Positions 50,709-60,541 of a stretch of DNA of 64,000 bases are shown one piece after another; the stretch's first letter is position 1; every line of letters begins with the position of its first letter. The stretch covers positions 19,274 to 83,273 of the forward strand of contig JAJACV010000020.1 of assembly GCA_022601335.1 (NCBI GenBank), read 5' to 3'. The translations under genes were made by a program, and so were the position numbers. The notes beneath the pieces are model-generated. The model was not told the DNA's origin, searched no databases, and saw only the letters and a program-made list of their open reading frames with translations. Source of the DNA: Chlamydiota bacterium. GTDB lineage: Bacteria; Chlamydiota; Chlamydiia; Chlamydiales; JAAZZY01.

Positions 50709-52742
50709 TTACTGTACATCGGTAGCGCACCTAAAGCCATAAGTTCTATTTTCACATCCAGGATTGTTCCTATGTCGATGTGAGCATCTCAAATCCTCTC
50801 GCAGGCTCTTCCAGCAACCCCCTCTTAAGACACGATAGACTCCTTGAAGAGGTCCCTTGGGTTGATCTGGTTCTTGGGCAGAAACATCATAATAATTATA
50901 CCCGTACCAATCTTGGCACCATTCATACACATTTCCGGCCATATCATAAACGCCAAGAGCATTGGGTGGATAGCTCATTACAGCCGTGGTATCTGAACTA
51001 AAAAAGTTTGCATGATGCTTTTCAATCTCTTCACCCGTAGGATAGCGAAGGGTTTCCTCTCGAGCTTTAGCCGTAATTTCCCATTCAGCTTCAGTAGGCA
51101 AACGTTTGCCTGTCCATTTGGCGTAGGCTACAGCTCCATACCATGAAATGCCAACAACAGGATGTTTTGAATATCCTGATTCAATACTCAGTTGTCCACC
51201 AGATCGTTTTATTCGAGATTCTTTTAAGCGAATGATGTCATTATTTTGAGCATCTTTTTCCCCGCCCATAGCATCTAGAAAACGGACAAACTGTTCATTG
51301 GTAATAGGGTGTACATCAATTGCAAAACTCTTAAGGTGAATATGGTGCTGAGGCATTTCATCTCGATTTCCATCTCTGCTTCCTCTAATAAAGGTGCCTT
51401 CCTTAACAACGATCATTTCAGTTAAAATGGGTTGAATATCCTTAACTGTTTCCATTTTCTTAGGCTGATAGTGTGTTACAGTCGTCTCTAGGTTAAAAAT
51501 AGCTCCGGGATCTGGATCGTAGTAAGGGCGTTTTATTTCTCCTTCTTGAATAATAGGTTTGAGCTTTTTAATCTCTGTCGCGGGTTCGGAAGAAGTGCTT
51601 TGAATAGACGCAGACTCTGCAACTGTCGAGCGTGCGATACTTGATACTTTACTAGGCAAGCTTTCACTACTCACCTTTGATTGAAGCACAGCTTCTGCAT
51701 CCTGACTGGATTCTTCAGTAGAAGCAATCAGGGGTTTATGTCCTTCATGAAGTCCACTTTTTTTAGTGACTTCTACTTTTTCTATTGCTGCTTTTAAGGA
51801 AGTCGGCGTGTCAGATAGAACCTCATCGAGTACCCCCACCATGGATTCGGGACGCTTCGTTGGATCTGTCTGCAAACATTTGGTTATAAGAGCATCCCAA
51901 TTTTTTTGAAATTGCGGCATAATATAAGAAGGCATATCGAAGACACCTTCTGGAAATTTTTTGGTGATAAGATAGTAAGTTAAAACGCCAAAAGCATACA
52001 CATCGCATTTAAGCCCCACTTCTGGGTAATCGGTGGGGTATTTTTGTTCAGGCGCCAAAAAAGAATAACTTTGTAAAAACGAGGCATGGAGTTTTTGAAC
52101 TTTATCTGATTCAAATGAAGCCGTTGAAGCAAATTGATCTTGGCCTGAAGCTTCGTTTTGTATAAAGGGAACTAGATCGAGAGATTTCGCAACTGATTTG
52201 TAAATTCGACTTAAAACAGCACCCGTACCAATGATGCGTGAGAGACCAAAGTCTGCTATATGAAAATTAACACGATCCAGCTCCCCTCTTCCAATGAGGA
52301 TATTATTTAGTTTAAGTCCTCTGTGAACAATGGATTGTCCTGAGGGTTTAAAGTGAGCATAATCTAAAGCTTTTGCTAACTGGTACAGCCATCTAATGAG
52401 GTCTTCTTCTAGAAGAGGATGTGATTGCTCCGCCATGAACTGACTCAAGTTGGTTGTCTCTCCTAAGGGGTCGACAACACAGTCCATAACAAGAAAGTAG
52501 CATCCCTCTACGTAGGAGATATTATGTACTTTGACAATATTGGGATGATCAAGAGCTGCAACACGAGTGACCTCTTCTTCAAATCTTTGAACAAAAGTTT
52601 TATCTTGCGCCAATTCTTCTGGAAGAATTTTAAGAGCATACTGCTTTTTCATAAAGCGATGTTCAGCTAAAAAGACCGTTCCTAAAGAACCTTGCCCTAT
52701 TTGTTTTAGCAGTTTGTAGTCACCCAATACGCGTGAAGTCAT
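50709..52742 (-). CDS. pkn1: Ser/Thr kinase-like domain fused to FGE-sulfatase domain (chlamydial Pkn1 family)
   Basis: IGQGSLG, YALK, DFG, APE; C-terminal RLPTEAEWE, DMAGNVYEW, RGGCW, GFRC. Confidence 0.9.
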   Translation of the reverse strand: MTSRVLGDYKLLKQIGQGSLGTVFLAEHRFMKKQYALKILPEELAQDKTFVQRFEEEVTRVAALDHPNIVKVHNISYVEGCYFLVMDCVVDPLGETTNLSQFMAEQSHPLLEEDLIRWLYQLAKALDYAHFKPSGQSIVHRGLKLNNILIGRGELDRVNFHIADFGLSRIIGTGAVLSRIYKSVAKSLDLVPFIQNEASGQDQFASTASFESDKVQKLHASFLQSYSFLAPEQKYPTDYPEVGLKCDVYAFGVLTYYLITKKFPEGVFDMPSYIMPQFQKNWDALITKCLQTDPTKRPESMVGVLDEVLSDTPTSLKAAIEKVEVTKKSGLHEGHKPLIASTEESSQDAEAVLQSKVSSESLPSKVSSIARSTVAESASIQSTSSEPATEIKKLKPIIQEGEIKRPYYDPDPGAIFNLETTVTHYQPKKMETVKDIQPILTEMIVVKEGTFIRGSRDGNRDEMPQHHIHLKSFAIDVHPITNEQFVRFLDAMGGEKDAQNNDIIRLKESRIKRSGGQLSIESGYSKHPVVGISWYGAVAYAKWTGKRLPTEAEWEITAKAREETLRYPTGEEIEKHHANFFSSDTTAVMSYPPNALGVYDMAGNVYEWCQDWYGYNYYDVSAQEPDQPKGPLQGVYRVLRGGCWKSLREDLRCSHRHRNNPGCENRTYGFRCATDVQ

Positions 52743-53578
52743 ATTACTCCTTTCTCCTTCATGTTTTGATTTTGATAGTTTTCTATATACTGATCGGCTC
52801 TATCCAAGGCTCGGCTACTCGGGTATTTCAGCTTTGCTTTATTTACTAATTTTTGTACTAAATCTCCATGTCCACACACAAGCGCTTCTTGGACATATTG
52901 GATTAAATCGACTCTTGCCAGCATAGTATCTTCCTCAAGAATTATATTCAAATTTTCCTTTAGGAGATTTGTTCTTTCTGATGGATCTACCAATAAAAGT
53001 GTGAATCTAAAAAGAATCGTATCTCTGGGATTTAATTGAAGCGCTTCTTTAAAATAATTAAAGGCAAAATTCTTTTGGACTTCTTTTTCTTGAGGTGTTT
53101 TACCAAACTTCATTAACTTCAAATGAACCATTCCTAAAACTCTATAAACCATATAATGATTAGATTGCTTTTGATAGCAATCAAAAAACGCACGCATAAA
53201 TTTAGAGTAATCACCGACAAGAGCATGATTAGCCGCTAAAACAAATCCTAAGCCTGGATCATTTTTAGGCGTCTGATAACTATTTGGATAAATCTCTTGC
53301 AGTGTTTTTTCTTGACTCTGAGAAATATCATCTTGTTGTTTTAGAAAAATTTGTAGAGCGTGTTCATAGTGTTCCGTAAATCGAGTTTTCATCTTTTTTT
53401 TAGGCGACCTCTCGATAGATTTTAAAAATGCTTTTAAACCTTTTTCAATTTCCTGGTCATTTACATAAAGAATAGCTTCTTCGAGAAATGCTTCAGCTTG
53501 TTTTAGATTTTCTTCCGCTTTTAAGCTAAACGCTGCCAAAAGCAAAAAGAGAGGTGTTATCCACAAAATAATACGCAT
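52739..53578 (-). CDS. Exported helical-repeat (TPR-like) protein
   Basis: Signal peptide ending LKA; FKEALQLNP TPR-type motif; stop overlaps the pkn1 start. Confidence 0.7.
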   Translation of the reverse strand: MRIILWITPLFLLLAAFSLKAEENLKQAEAFLEEAILYVNDQEIEKGLKAFLKSIERSPKKKMKTRFTEHYEHALQIFLKQQDDISQSQEKTLQEIYPNSYQTPKNDPGLGFVLAANHALVGDYSKFMRAFFDCYQKQSNHYMVYRVLGMVHLKLMKFGKTPQEKEVQKNFAFNYFKEALQLNPRDTILFRFTLLLVDPSERTNLLKENLNIILEEDTMLARVDLIQYVQEALVCGHGDLVQKLVNKAKLKYPSSRALDRADQYIENYQNQNMKEKGVI

Positions 53579-53647
53579 ATAATCTAGCCTCTATATTTTT
53601 TGGCATTATTCAAAAACGGCCTTCAAAATTCAATCTAAAGTTTGAAA

Positions 53648-53676
53648 TTGACTGATACTTTGGCACTTGCTATAAA
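53648..53676 (+). promoter_or_regulatory. Promoter of hpt
   Basis: TTGACT-N17-TATAAA with extended -10 TG. Confidence 0.7.
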
Positions 53677-53708
53677 TTATTCCCTTTATAAACAAACCAG
53701 GTAGAACT

Positions 53709-54356
53709 ATGAGCAAATGGTCCTTTTGTATTATCATGTTGGCACTTTTATCAATTGGCGATTTAAAAGCTACAACAACGAATAAAGAGGTAAACATTAA
53801 TAAAGTAGATGAAATTTTAAAAACAGCTGATTGCTTAGTGGGTCAAGAAGGACTTGAGATTGCTTTTAACAAAATGGCTTTAGAAATGAATCAAGAGCTA
53901 AAAGACAAAAACCCTCTTTTAATCTGTGTCTTGAAAGGTGCCATTTACACTTTTGGCCAACTGATGACACGCCTAGACTTTCCTCTTGAAGTTGACTATA
54001 TTCATGCGACTCGATACTCAAAAAACCAAGGACAAAAATTGAAGTGGATAGCACGTCCTCAAAAGTCTCTTGAAGGCAGAGTGGTTGTTTTAGTTGATGA
54101 TATTATTGACGAAGGAATCACCTTGTCTAATCTTATAGAGTTTTGCAAAAATGAAGGAGCTTTAGAAGTTTACTCTGCCGTTTTAGTGGATAAAAATAGA
54201 ACTAGAGCTGAAACGGGCCTTCTTAATGCTGATTTTGTGGGTTTAAAGATTCCCAACAAGTTTATTATAGGGGCAGGACTTGATTTTGAGGGTTATTTTA
54301 GAAATATGCCCGGGATCTACGTGATGCCTTCTGACGCCTCTATTTTATGTATTTAG
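53709..54356 (+). CDS. hpt: Hypoxanthine-guanine phosphoribosyltransferase with hydrophobic N-terminal extension
   Basis: VLKGA, DYIHATRY, PRPP loop VVLVDDIIDEGITL, FIIGAGLD..GYFRNMP. Confidence 0.92.
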   Translation: MSKWSFCIIMLALLSIGDLKATTTNKEVNINKVDEILKTADCLVGQEGLEIAFNKMALEMNQELKDKNPLLICVLKGAIYTFGQLMTRLDFPLEVDYIHATRYSKNQGQKLKWIARPQKSLEGRVVVLVDDIIDEGITLSNLIEFCKNEGALEVYSAVLVDKNRTRAETGLLNADFVGLKIPNKFIIGAGLDFEGYFRNMPGIYVMPSDASILCI

Positions 54357-54381
54357 AGCTCGGCACTCATTTACATCTAAC

Positions 54382-54407
54382 AAACAGCAGCTTAAAGCTG
54401 CTGTTTT
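54382..54407 (+). terminator. Intrinsic terminator after hpt
   Basis: aaacagcagct-taa-agctgctgtttt. Confidence 0.8.
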
Positions 54408-54941
54408 CATATAAATCAAAATGAAGCAACTTCCCCCTTCGAAGATTCCAAATCTAAATTCTAGCTTATGAATCTACTGGTATTTTTTAACCGATGAAAA
54501 AGCTTATAGCTACCGCGGAGTATAAGCACGCTGCTTGAGCTGGTAAAGAATAACTAAAAGGCATTATTGATTAAAAACTCATGGGCACTATCCGATTATA
54601 AACTCCAAAGGGGCAGCAGAGCTGTCTGAGCTCTTTTCATCAATGACTAGAGCTACTGTCATCTCTTGGTTATCGACTTAGCTGATTAAGTCATTAGCTC
54701 ATATTTTCCTGAAAAAAATTATTTATGCACTACCCATAAAGGACTTTCTCTCCTTTAAACTTTTTATTTTACATTTATTCTTCAATCCCAATAATGGCCC
54801 CATAATCTGCTATTTTTCGCTTAAAAATGGTTAATTAAATTTATGTTTACTACTTGGAATTATTAATAATATATTGTATACTGACCCTATAAGTGGGGTT
54901 CCCTTTAAAAATTAACTAACTGTCAAATTAAACAAGGTATT

Positions 54942-57329
54942 ATGAACAAAAAATCTTTATTTTTTCTATGTGTTCTTTCTGGTGCGATGCTTATTACGAA
55001 CCTATTTTTTAAGCCGACTAGAAAAGCTGAAAAAGCGCCTCAAGCAATAGAACAGCAGGTTGCAAAAAATAGATCTTTTGAATCAGAAATAGCGACACGT
55101 GCCGAACTTCCTCTTGTAGAGATCTACAAAGATGCAGAGGGGAAAAACTACTTAACTTCAGGAGTTGAATCTAACGGTCAGATTTTAACACTCGCATGGC
55201 AAGATAGCCTCCCTGAAAAAGTTTATTTTAAGAAAAGTTATTCATCCTTTCCATTAGAGCAAGCAACTCCTAATTTAAAAGACGCTTCTCTTAATGATCC
55301 TATTCTTCTTTCTAAAAATTCTGAGAAGGGAAAATTGGAAGCGAGTGAGCTTCCAAATACAGGATCTCATACAGTACAAATTATTAAACTAAAGCCCTTT
55401 CAAAATAGTGTTGATGTCACCGCCGCTCGCTATGTCAATGGCCAGCTCACACTTCCATCTGATATCAAGCTAAACAATAACGCTCTTGCTGTTGCTAAAA
55501 CAGCCTCCGGTGAATTTGAGCCTGTGGGTGTGTTTGTACAAAGTGAAAATCGTCTTGTAGGTGTTAAGAATTTTTTAAATTTAAAATCTCAAGTCAATAT
55601 CCATAAATACTACAGTCCTATTCGCACAACGGATGAAAAGTTTTATATTTTAGAGAATGAAAATCAGCAAATTGTCTTCTCTAATTACGGTGGAGCTGTT
55701 GCGGAAATTAACCTTCCTTTCCAGGACTCTGATCATAGTAAAAGTAAAGTACACGCTGTAGAACTTGACGAAAAGCTTAAGGAGAGACAATCTCCTCACT
55801 CTTTATTTCCAGCTCACGACTACTATACTCCAGATGGAACAGGAACTAAGTCTCCTAAGTCTGGGGGGTATTACCCACTTATTAGACGCCATGTGGATGC
55901 AGGGCATGATTCTGCTCGTTATTATGCCTTCAATTTAGTGTCAGATACACCAGAAGTTTCAGAACTTACTTTTAAAATGACTCACTTTGACTCTAATCAG
56001 ATTGTTTTTGAGTCGAACCAAAATCACAGAAAGATCACTAAAACCTTTACACTGGACCCTTCTTCTCCCTATGGGATAGATTTAAAGGTAAAAGTTGAGG
56101 GAGATACTTCTAACCTATGGTTAACAACAGGCGTTCCTGAAGTTGAATTGATTTCGAATATGCAGTCCCCTATTTTAAAGCATAGAGAACATGGGTTAAA
56201 AAAGGCCGAAATTTCAAAGGACAAACTGCCTAAAGCAAGCAATGAAAACACAACAGCTACTTTAGATTGGGTTTCAAACTCAAACGGTTTTTTCACTGTC
56301 CTTATGGATCCGCAGCAAACATCATTAGAGCCTGGCTACAAGGTCAATAAAGTAAAAAGCTCTCAGATGCCAACTCGAATTCACTCTCTACCTATAGGCT
56401 CTAAGGTTAAAAACACAGATGGCTATGAGTATTTGGTTCCTCTTAAAACGACTCACGATGAAGCTCACTTTAAAATTTTTGCAGGGCCTTTGGATAAGAA
56501 TCTTCTCATCCAAGCAGACAAGCTCAATGCAAAACCTTCTAACTATTTAGGAGCTCAATCTTACAATGGTTTTTTAACTGTCATCTCTGAGCCAGTTGCA
56601 AAATTCTTATTTATCTTGTTGAATATGTTCCACAAGATCACGAGTTCTTGGGGTCTTTCTATTATCTTCCTGACCATACTTTTGAGACTTATCTTATATC
56701 CTCTTAATGCATGGTCTATCAAAGCAATGAGAAAGAACCAGGAAATAGCTCCTGAAGTCAGTGCTATACAGAAAAAATACAAGAACAATCCAAAGCAGTC
56801 TCAGATGGAGATTATGGCTCTTTATCGCAAAAGAAAAGTGAATCCGTTTACGGGTTGTCTTCCTGTGTTAATACAGATGCCTTTTTTGATTGGTATGTTT
56901 AGCCTACTTAGATCGGCCTTCGTTCTTAGAGGAGTTCCTTTCATTCAGGGTTGGATTACCAATCTAACTGCTCCAGATGTCCTTTTTACTTGGAAGCAAG
57001 CGATTCCTTTCTTTGGAAATGAATTTCACCTTCTTCCTCTTATCTCTTTAGTGATGGTTTGGATTCAGCAAAAAGTTTCAACTCCGCCTGTCGATAAAAG
57101 CAATATGACAGATCAGCAGAAGCAGCAAAAGCTCATGGGTTACTCCATGATGTTAATTGTCACGCTTTTCTGCTACAATTTTCCGTCGGGGTTAAACTTA
57201 TACTTTATATCTTCTACTTTGTTGGGTATTTTACAGCAGTGGATTACCAATAAATTGCTAGACAAGCAAAAGAACAAACCGACGATTATAAAGAAGAACA
57301 AAGCCTTACTAAAAGAAGAAAAGGCATAA
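54942..57329 (+). CDS. yidC: Membrane protein insertase YidC (long chlamydial form)
   Basis: WGLSIIFLTILLRLILYPL, GCLPVLIQMPF, WITNLTAPD, PSGLNLY. Confidence 0.97.
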   Translation: MNKKSLFFLCVLSGAMLITNLFFKPTRKAEKAPQAIEQQVAKNRSFESEIATRAELPLVEIYKDAEGKNYLTSGVESNGQILTLAWQDSLPEKVYFKKSYSSFPLEQATPNLKDASLNDPILLSKNSEKGKLEASELPNTGSHTVQIIKLKPFQNSVDVTAARYVNGQLTLPSDIKLNNNALAVAKTASGEFEPVGVFVQSENRLVGVKNFLNLKSQVNIHKYYSPIRTTDEKFYILENENQQIVFSNYGGAVAEINLPFQDSDHSKSKVHAVELDEKLKERQSPHSLFPAHDYYTPDGTGTKSPKSGGYYPLIRRHVDAGHDSARYYAFNLVSDTPEVSELTFKMTHFDSNQIVFESNQNHRKITKTFTLDPSSPYGIDLKVKVEGDTSNLWLTTGVPEVELISNMQSPILKHREHGLKKAEISKDKLPKASNENTTATLDWVSNSNGFFTVLMDPQQTSLEPGYKVNKVKSSQMPTRIHSLPIGSKVKNTDGYEYLVPLKTTHDEAHFKIFAGPLDKNLLIQADKLNAKPSNYLGAQSYNGFLTVISEPVAKFLFILLNMFHKITSSWGLSIIFLTILLRLILYPLNAWSIKAMRKNQEIAPEVSAIQKKYKNNPKQSQMEIMALYRKRKVNPFTGCLPVLIQMPFLIGMFSLLRSAFVLRGVPFIQGWITNLTAPDVLFTWKQAIPFFGNEFHLLPLISLVMVWIQQKVSTPPVDKSNMTDQQKQQKLMGYSMMLIVTLFCYNFPSGLNLYFISSTLLGILQQWITNKLLDKQKNKPTIIKKNKALLKEEKA

Positions 57330-57348
57330 GCTTAAAACGACAGGTAAT

Positions 57349-58737
57349 ATGCGTTCTTGGAATGAATTTCTTATTAAGAAAGAAGCAACGCTTGGAAAAG
57401 AAACTGTAGATAAGTGGCTAAAAGGTTTTAAGGTTTTAAATTACGATGCGGCCAATCTTTATTTAGAGGCATCTGACACTTTCCAAGCTCAATGGTTTGA
57501 TGAGTATATTCGACCCTCGATAAAAGACGATTTTCGCAATGAGAATAATCGTCCCATTAAAGTACATATTCAAGTAGCGAATAAATCAAGCCAACGCCCT
57601 GAAGTTAAGCATCCAGAGCTCAGTGATCAATATAGACCTTTTCAAGACCCCTTAGATCCTTTAAATACTCTTGAGAATTTTGTTCAAACAGATCAGAACA
57701 AAATTCTTTTAAGCCTTCTTTCTGATTTTGCCACTTTTTCTAAAGATTCTACTCCACATTACAATCCTATTTATATTTATGGCCCACGCGGTGTGGGTAA
57801 AACGCATCTTTTGCAATCTGTCGCTCATTTAATGAAGGCTCGGGAACTCAATGTTCTTTATGTGCGTCTTAAAACATTCATGCAAAATATGGTTAAAGGA
57901 ATTAAGGCATCAAAGATGTCAGAATTCAGAAAGCTTTATCGCGATGTGGATGCCTTAATTATTGATGACATTGAAGATTTGTCTCACAAAAATGCGACTC
58001 AAGAAGAGTTATTTCACACCTTTAACGCCCTTCATATTGAGGGAAAGCAAATTATTTTAAGTTCGAATTGCAATCCCCAGCAATTGAAAGCGATTGAACC
58101 GAGACTGATGAGTCGTTTTGAGTGGGGTATTGTTTTACCTTTAAACCCTCCAAAGGAAATCGACCTTAAGAAAATTCTGAACGCTAAACTTCAGCATTTC
58201 AACTTCCCCTTAGACCCGCATGCAAAAGACTTCTTAGTGAAGCGTTTTTCTAAGAATCCCCAGGTACTACAAAGAGCTTTGAGTGCTTTGATTTTGAGAG
58301 CTCATTTAAAACTTCCTCAAGGAAAAAAGCTCCGGTCTAGTTACATTAATATAGAATCTATTGAGCTACTACTCTCTGATTTACTTCAAGAGCAAGCGGA
58401 TGAAAAAGTAACTACAGATCGCATTATAGAAAAGGTAGCTCATTATTTTGGCATTAAACGACAAGATATTTTGGGCAAATCCCAAAGCAGAGAATGCGCC
58501 CTTCCAAGGCAAATTTCGATGTATTTCTGTCGTGAAATTCTCAAAATGCCTTTTATGCAAATAGGTCGTTTTTTTTCAAGAGATCACTCTACTGTGATGT
58601 CGAGTGTGAAACAAATACAAAAGGCGATTCACAGTGCGGAAGGAGATACATCTAAAGTGGTTCTTGCCTTGCAAGAAGCTATCATGCCCTACCAAAAGAG
58701 CTCCCCTTTTTTCAAGGTGAGAGAACCTGTAAAATAA
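57349..58737 (+). CDS. dnaA: Chromosomal replication initiator (yidC-linked chlamydial copy)
   Basis: NPIYIYGPRGVGKTHL, IIDDI, TQEELFHTFN, RLMSRFEWG, RDHSTV. Confidence 0.96.
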   Translation: MRSWNEFLIKKEATLGKETVDKWLKGFKVLNYDAANLYLEASDTFQAQWFDEYIRPSIKDDFRNENNRPIKVHIQVANKSSQRPEVKHPELSDQYRPFQDPLDPLNTLENFVQTDQNKILLSLLSDFATFSKDSTPHYNPIYIYGPRGVGKTHLLQSVAHLMKARELNVLYVRLKTFMQNMVKGIKASKMSEFRKLYRDVDALIIDDIEDLSHKNATQEELFHTFNALHIEGKQIILSSNCNPQQLKAIEPRLMSRFEWGIVLPLNPPKEIDLKKILNAKLQHFNFPLDPHAKDFLVKRFSKNPQVLQRALSALILRAHLKLPQGKKLRSSYINIESIELLLSDLLQEQADEKVTTDRIIEKVAHYFGIKRQDILGKSQSRECALPRQISMYFCREILKMPFMQIGRFFSRDHSTVMSSVKQIQKAIHSAEGDTSKVVLALQEAIMPYQKSSPFFKVREPVK

Positions 58738-59061
58738 TTAACTAATGAGAGTCAGAGGACCTAAGCGAGTAGGTCTTAATATGGCCGCTTTATTAAGCGT
58801 TTCGTAGGCTTCTTGCCCTAGACGCTCTACATGGGCTTTTTCAGGTTGATAGCTATGTGGTTTGTCAAACGTTAAGGCCAAGCCCTCAGCTTGCTCTAAA
58901 ATGGCTCTGAAGAGCAATTTATCGAACAAATTCGATCCTTTTTTAAGACCATCCACATAAAAGTTATGATCAGCCAGGTTCTTTTGAATTTTGGCTCGAC
59001 GAGATGAGGCTAGTTTACTCAATAGCTTCTCATATTTGCTGTTTTTATTTTCTTCACTCAT
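58738..59061 (-). CDS. Hypothetical protein
   Basis: 107-aa ORF filling the gap; TGCTATAAT extended -10 upstream (about 59090-59098). Confidence 0.6.
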   Translation of the reverse strand: MSEENKNSKYEKLLSKLASSRRAKIQKNLADHNFYVDGLKKGSNLFDKLLFRAILEQAEGLALTFDKPHSYQPEKAHVERLGQEAYETLNKAAILRPTRLGPLTLIS

Positions 59062-59154
59062 AACTTATAACCAGTTCTTTACATCTTTAATTATAGCATA
59101 TACAATGATATTTTTAAAGATTTTTTAAATAGTTAACTAGTAGGGTTTTAAATA

Positions 59155-59538
59155 ATGAATAAAGAGATTCACACAGATCATGCTCCAAAAGCTATTGGTC
59201 CTTATTCACAGGCTATTCAATCAGGTCCTTTCTTATTCGTGTCAGGGCAGATTCCATTGGACCCTGTGACGGGCGTGATTCAGGGAGAGAGTATTGAGGA
59301 GCAAACAGAGCTTGTTTTAAAGCATCTCTCGGCGATTCTTGAGCAAGCGCAGCTCACCTTAAAGAATGTGGTTAAAACTGAGATTTTTTTAAGTAATATG
59401 GAGGATTTTCAGGCGATGAATAAGGTATACGAGACTTCTTTTTGTCAGGATCCAAAACCTGCTAGGCAAGCTATTGAAGCTTCACGGCTTCCGAAGGGGG
59501 CTAAAGTAGAGATTTCTTGTATTGCTGCTTTTTCTTAA
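59155..59538 (+). CDS. ridA: RidA/YjgF family enamine/imine deaminase
   Basis: APKAIGPYSQA, SGQIP, PARQAIEASRLPKGAKVEI. Confidence 0.93.
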   Translation: MNKEIHTDHAPKAIGPYSQAIQSGPFLFVSGQIPLDPVTGVIQGESIEEQTELVLKHLSAILEQAQLTLKNVVKTEIFLSNMEDFQAMNKVYETSFCQDPKPARQAIEASRLPKGAKVEISCIAAFS

Positions 59539-60541
59539 AGGTGAGCAATATAGTTATTCCGGCTAAAATAAAGGGAAGACTGAGGTACTGCCCCATTCTC
59601 AGTCCTTTAAAAATCGGCAAAACGACTCCTTGAGGTTCTTTTAAGAATTCTATTCCGAACCTAAATGAGAATAAGGTGATTAAAAAGATAGCAGCAAAAA
59701 GTCCATGACCCGTAGGTACTTTATTTTTCTTCCAAAGAAGCCACAAAGAGAGGCCGATAAAGAGATAAAAGAAGGCTTCATAGAGTTGTACGGGATGTCT
59801 TGGAATAGGAGGAAGTCCTTCGAAGGCATTCAAAAAAATCACAGCCCAAGGCAACTTACTTGCTAAACCTACAATCTCTTGATTGACAAAGTTTCCCATG
59901 CGGATAAAAAAAGCAAAAAAGCCAGACATAATGGTCAACACATCTAGAAGGTGGAGGTAGGAAAAGTTCAGTGTTGTCTTTGCTATACGCTTAACAAACA
60001 GAAAAAGGGCCATTAAAATACCGATACACGCTCCGTGAGAGGCAAGTCCTCCTTCCCAAATTTTAAAGATATCCAATGGATTTTCTCGAAAAAAGGGCCA
60101 TCCATAAAAAAAGACATAACCGAGTCTAGCTCCGACAATAACACCCACGATGAGATAGCCTGTCATGCTGTCTAAAAATTGATCTGAATCTTTGATAAAA
60201 GGTAGAATTTTAGAACGATAAAATGAATAAGGTAGTTTTTTTGTCTTGATAGAGAGTGCTAGAGCTTGTAAACAAGAATTTTGATCTTCTGAATCAGGTA
60301 GAACATGCGGATATTTTGTTAACTTGGCTCTTAACGCGGCCCATTGGACATCCTTTGATGCATCTAGAGAAATTTTTGATAAAATTTCGACAGCTAAAAT
60401 AGCTTTTAAAATAAAATAGCTCACTAAGAATCCAAGTGCAAATAAAACGCCATACCAAACGACAGGATGGTCAAAGTAGGGAACATAAAAAACGACCCTA
60501 TTAGGATTCCAGAGAAGATAACTTAGGCTACTGTGTAACAT
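59501..60541 (-). CDS. lgt: Prolipoprotein diacylglyceryl transferase
   Basis: WYG, GARLGYVFFY, IWEGGLASHG, RMGNFVNQE, RHPVQLYE, MGQYLS. Confidence 0.97.
   Translation of the reverse strand: MLHSSLSYLLWNPNRVVFYVPYFDHPVVWYGVLFALGFLVSYFILKAILAVEILSKISLDASKDVQWAALRAKLTKYPHVLPDSEDQNSCLQALALSIKTKKLPYSFYRSKILPFIKDSDQFLDSMTGYLIVGVIVGARLGYVFFYGWPFFRENPLDIFKIWEGGLASHGACIGILMALFLFVKRIAKTTLNFSYLHLLDVLTIMSGFFAFFIRMGNFVNQEIVGLASKLPWAVIFLNAFEGLPPIPRHPVQLYEAFFYLFIGLSLWLLWKKNKVPTGHGLFAAIFLITLFSFRFGIEFLKEPQGVVLPIFKGLRMGQYLSLPFILAGITILLTFKKKQQYKKSLL

Noticed and set aside
53660-53672. TTGGCACTTGC resembling a sigma54 -24/-12 promoter
   Set aside because: GG and GC are not at the required spacing; a sigma70-type promoter explains the site
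54741-54753. Minus-strand GGAGAGAAAGTCC resembling the RNase P RNA 5' motif GAGGAAAGUCC
   Set aside because: Imperfect match and no complementary 3' P4 motif downstream
53557-54941. Possible oriC near dnaA (TTATCCACA at about 53557-53565, TTATGCACT near 54723)
   Set aside because: Only isolated boxes, one inside a CDS; no cluster, and spot counts of G versus C showed no clear skew switch; chlamydial origins are generally not adjacent to dnaA
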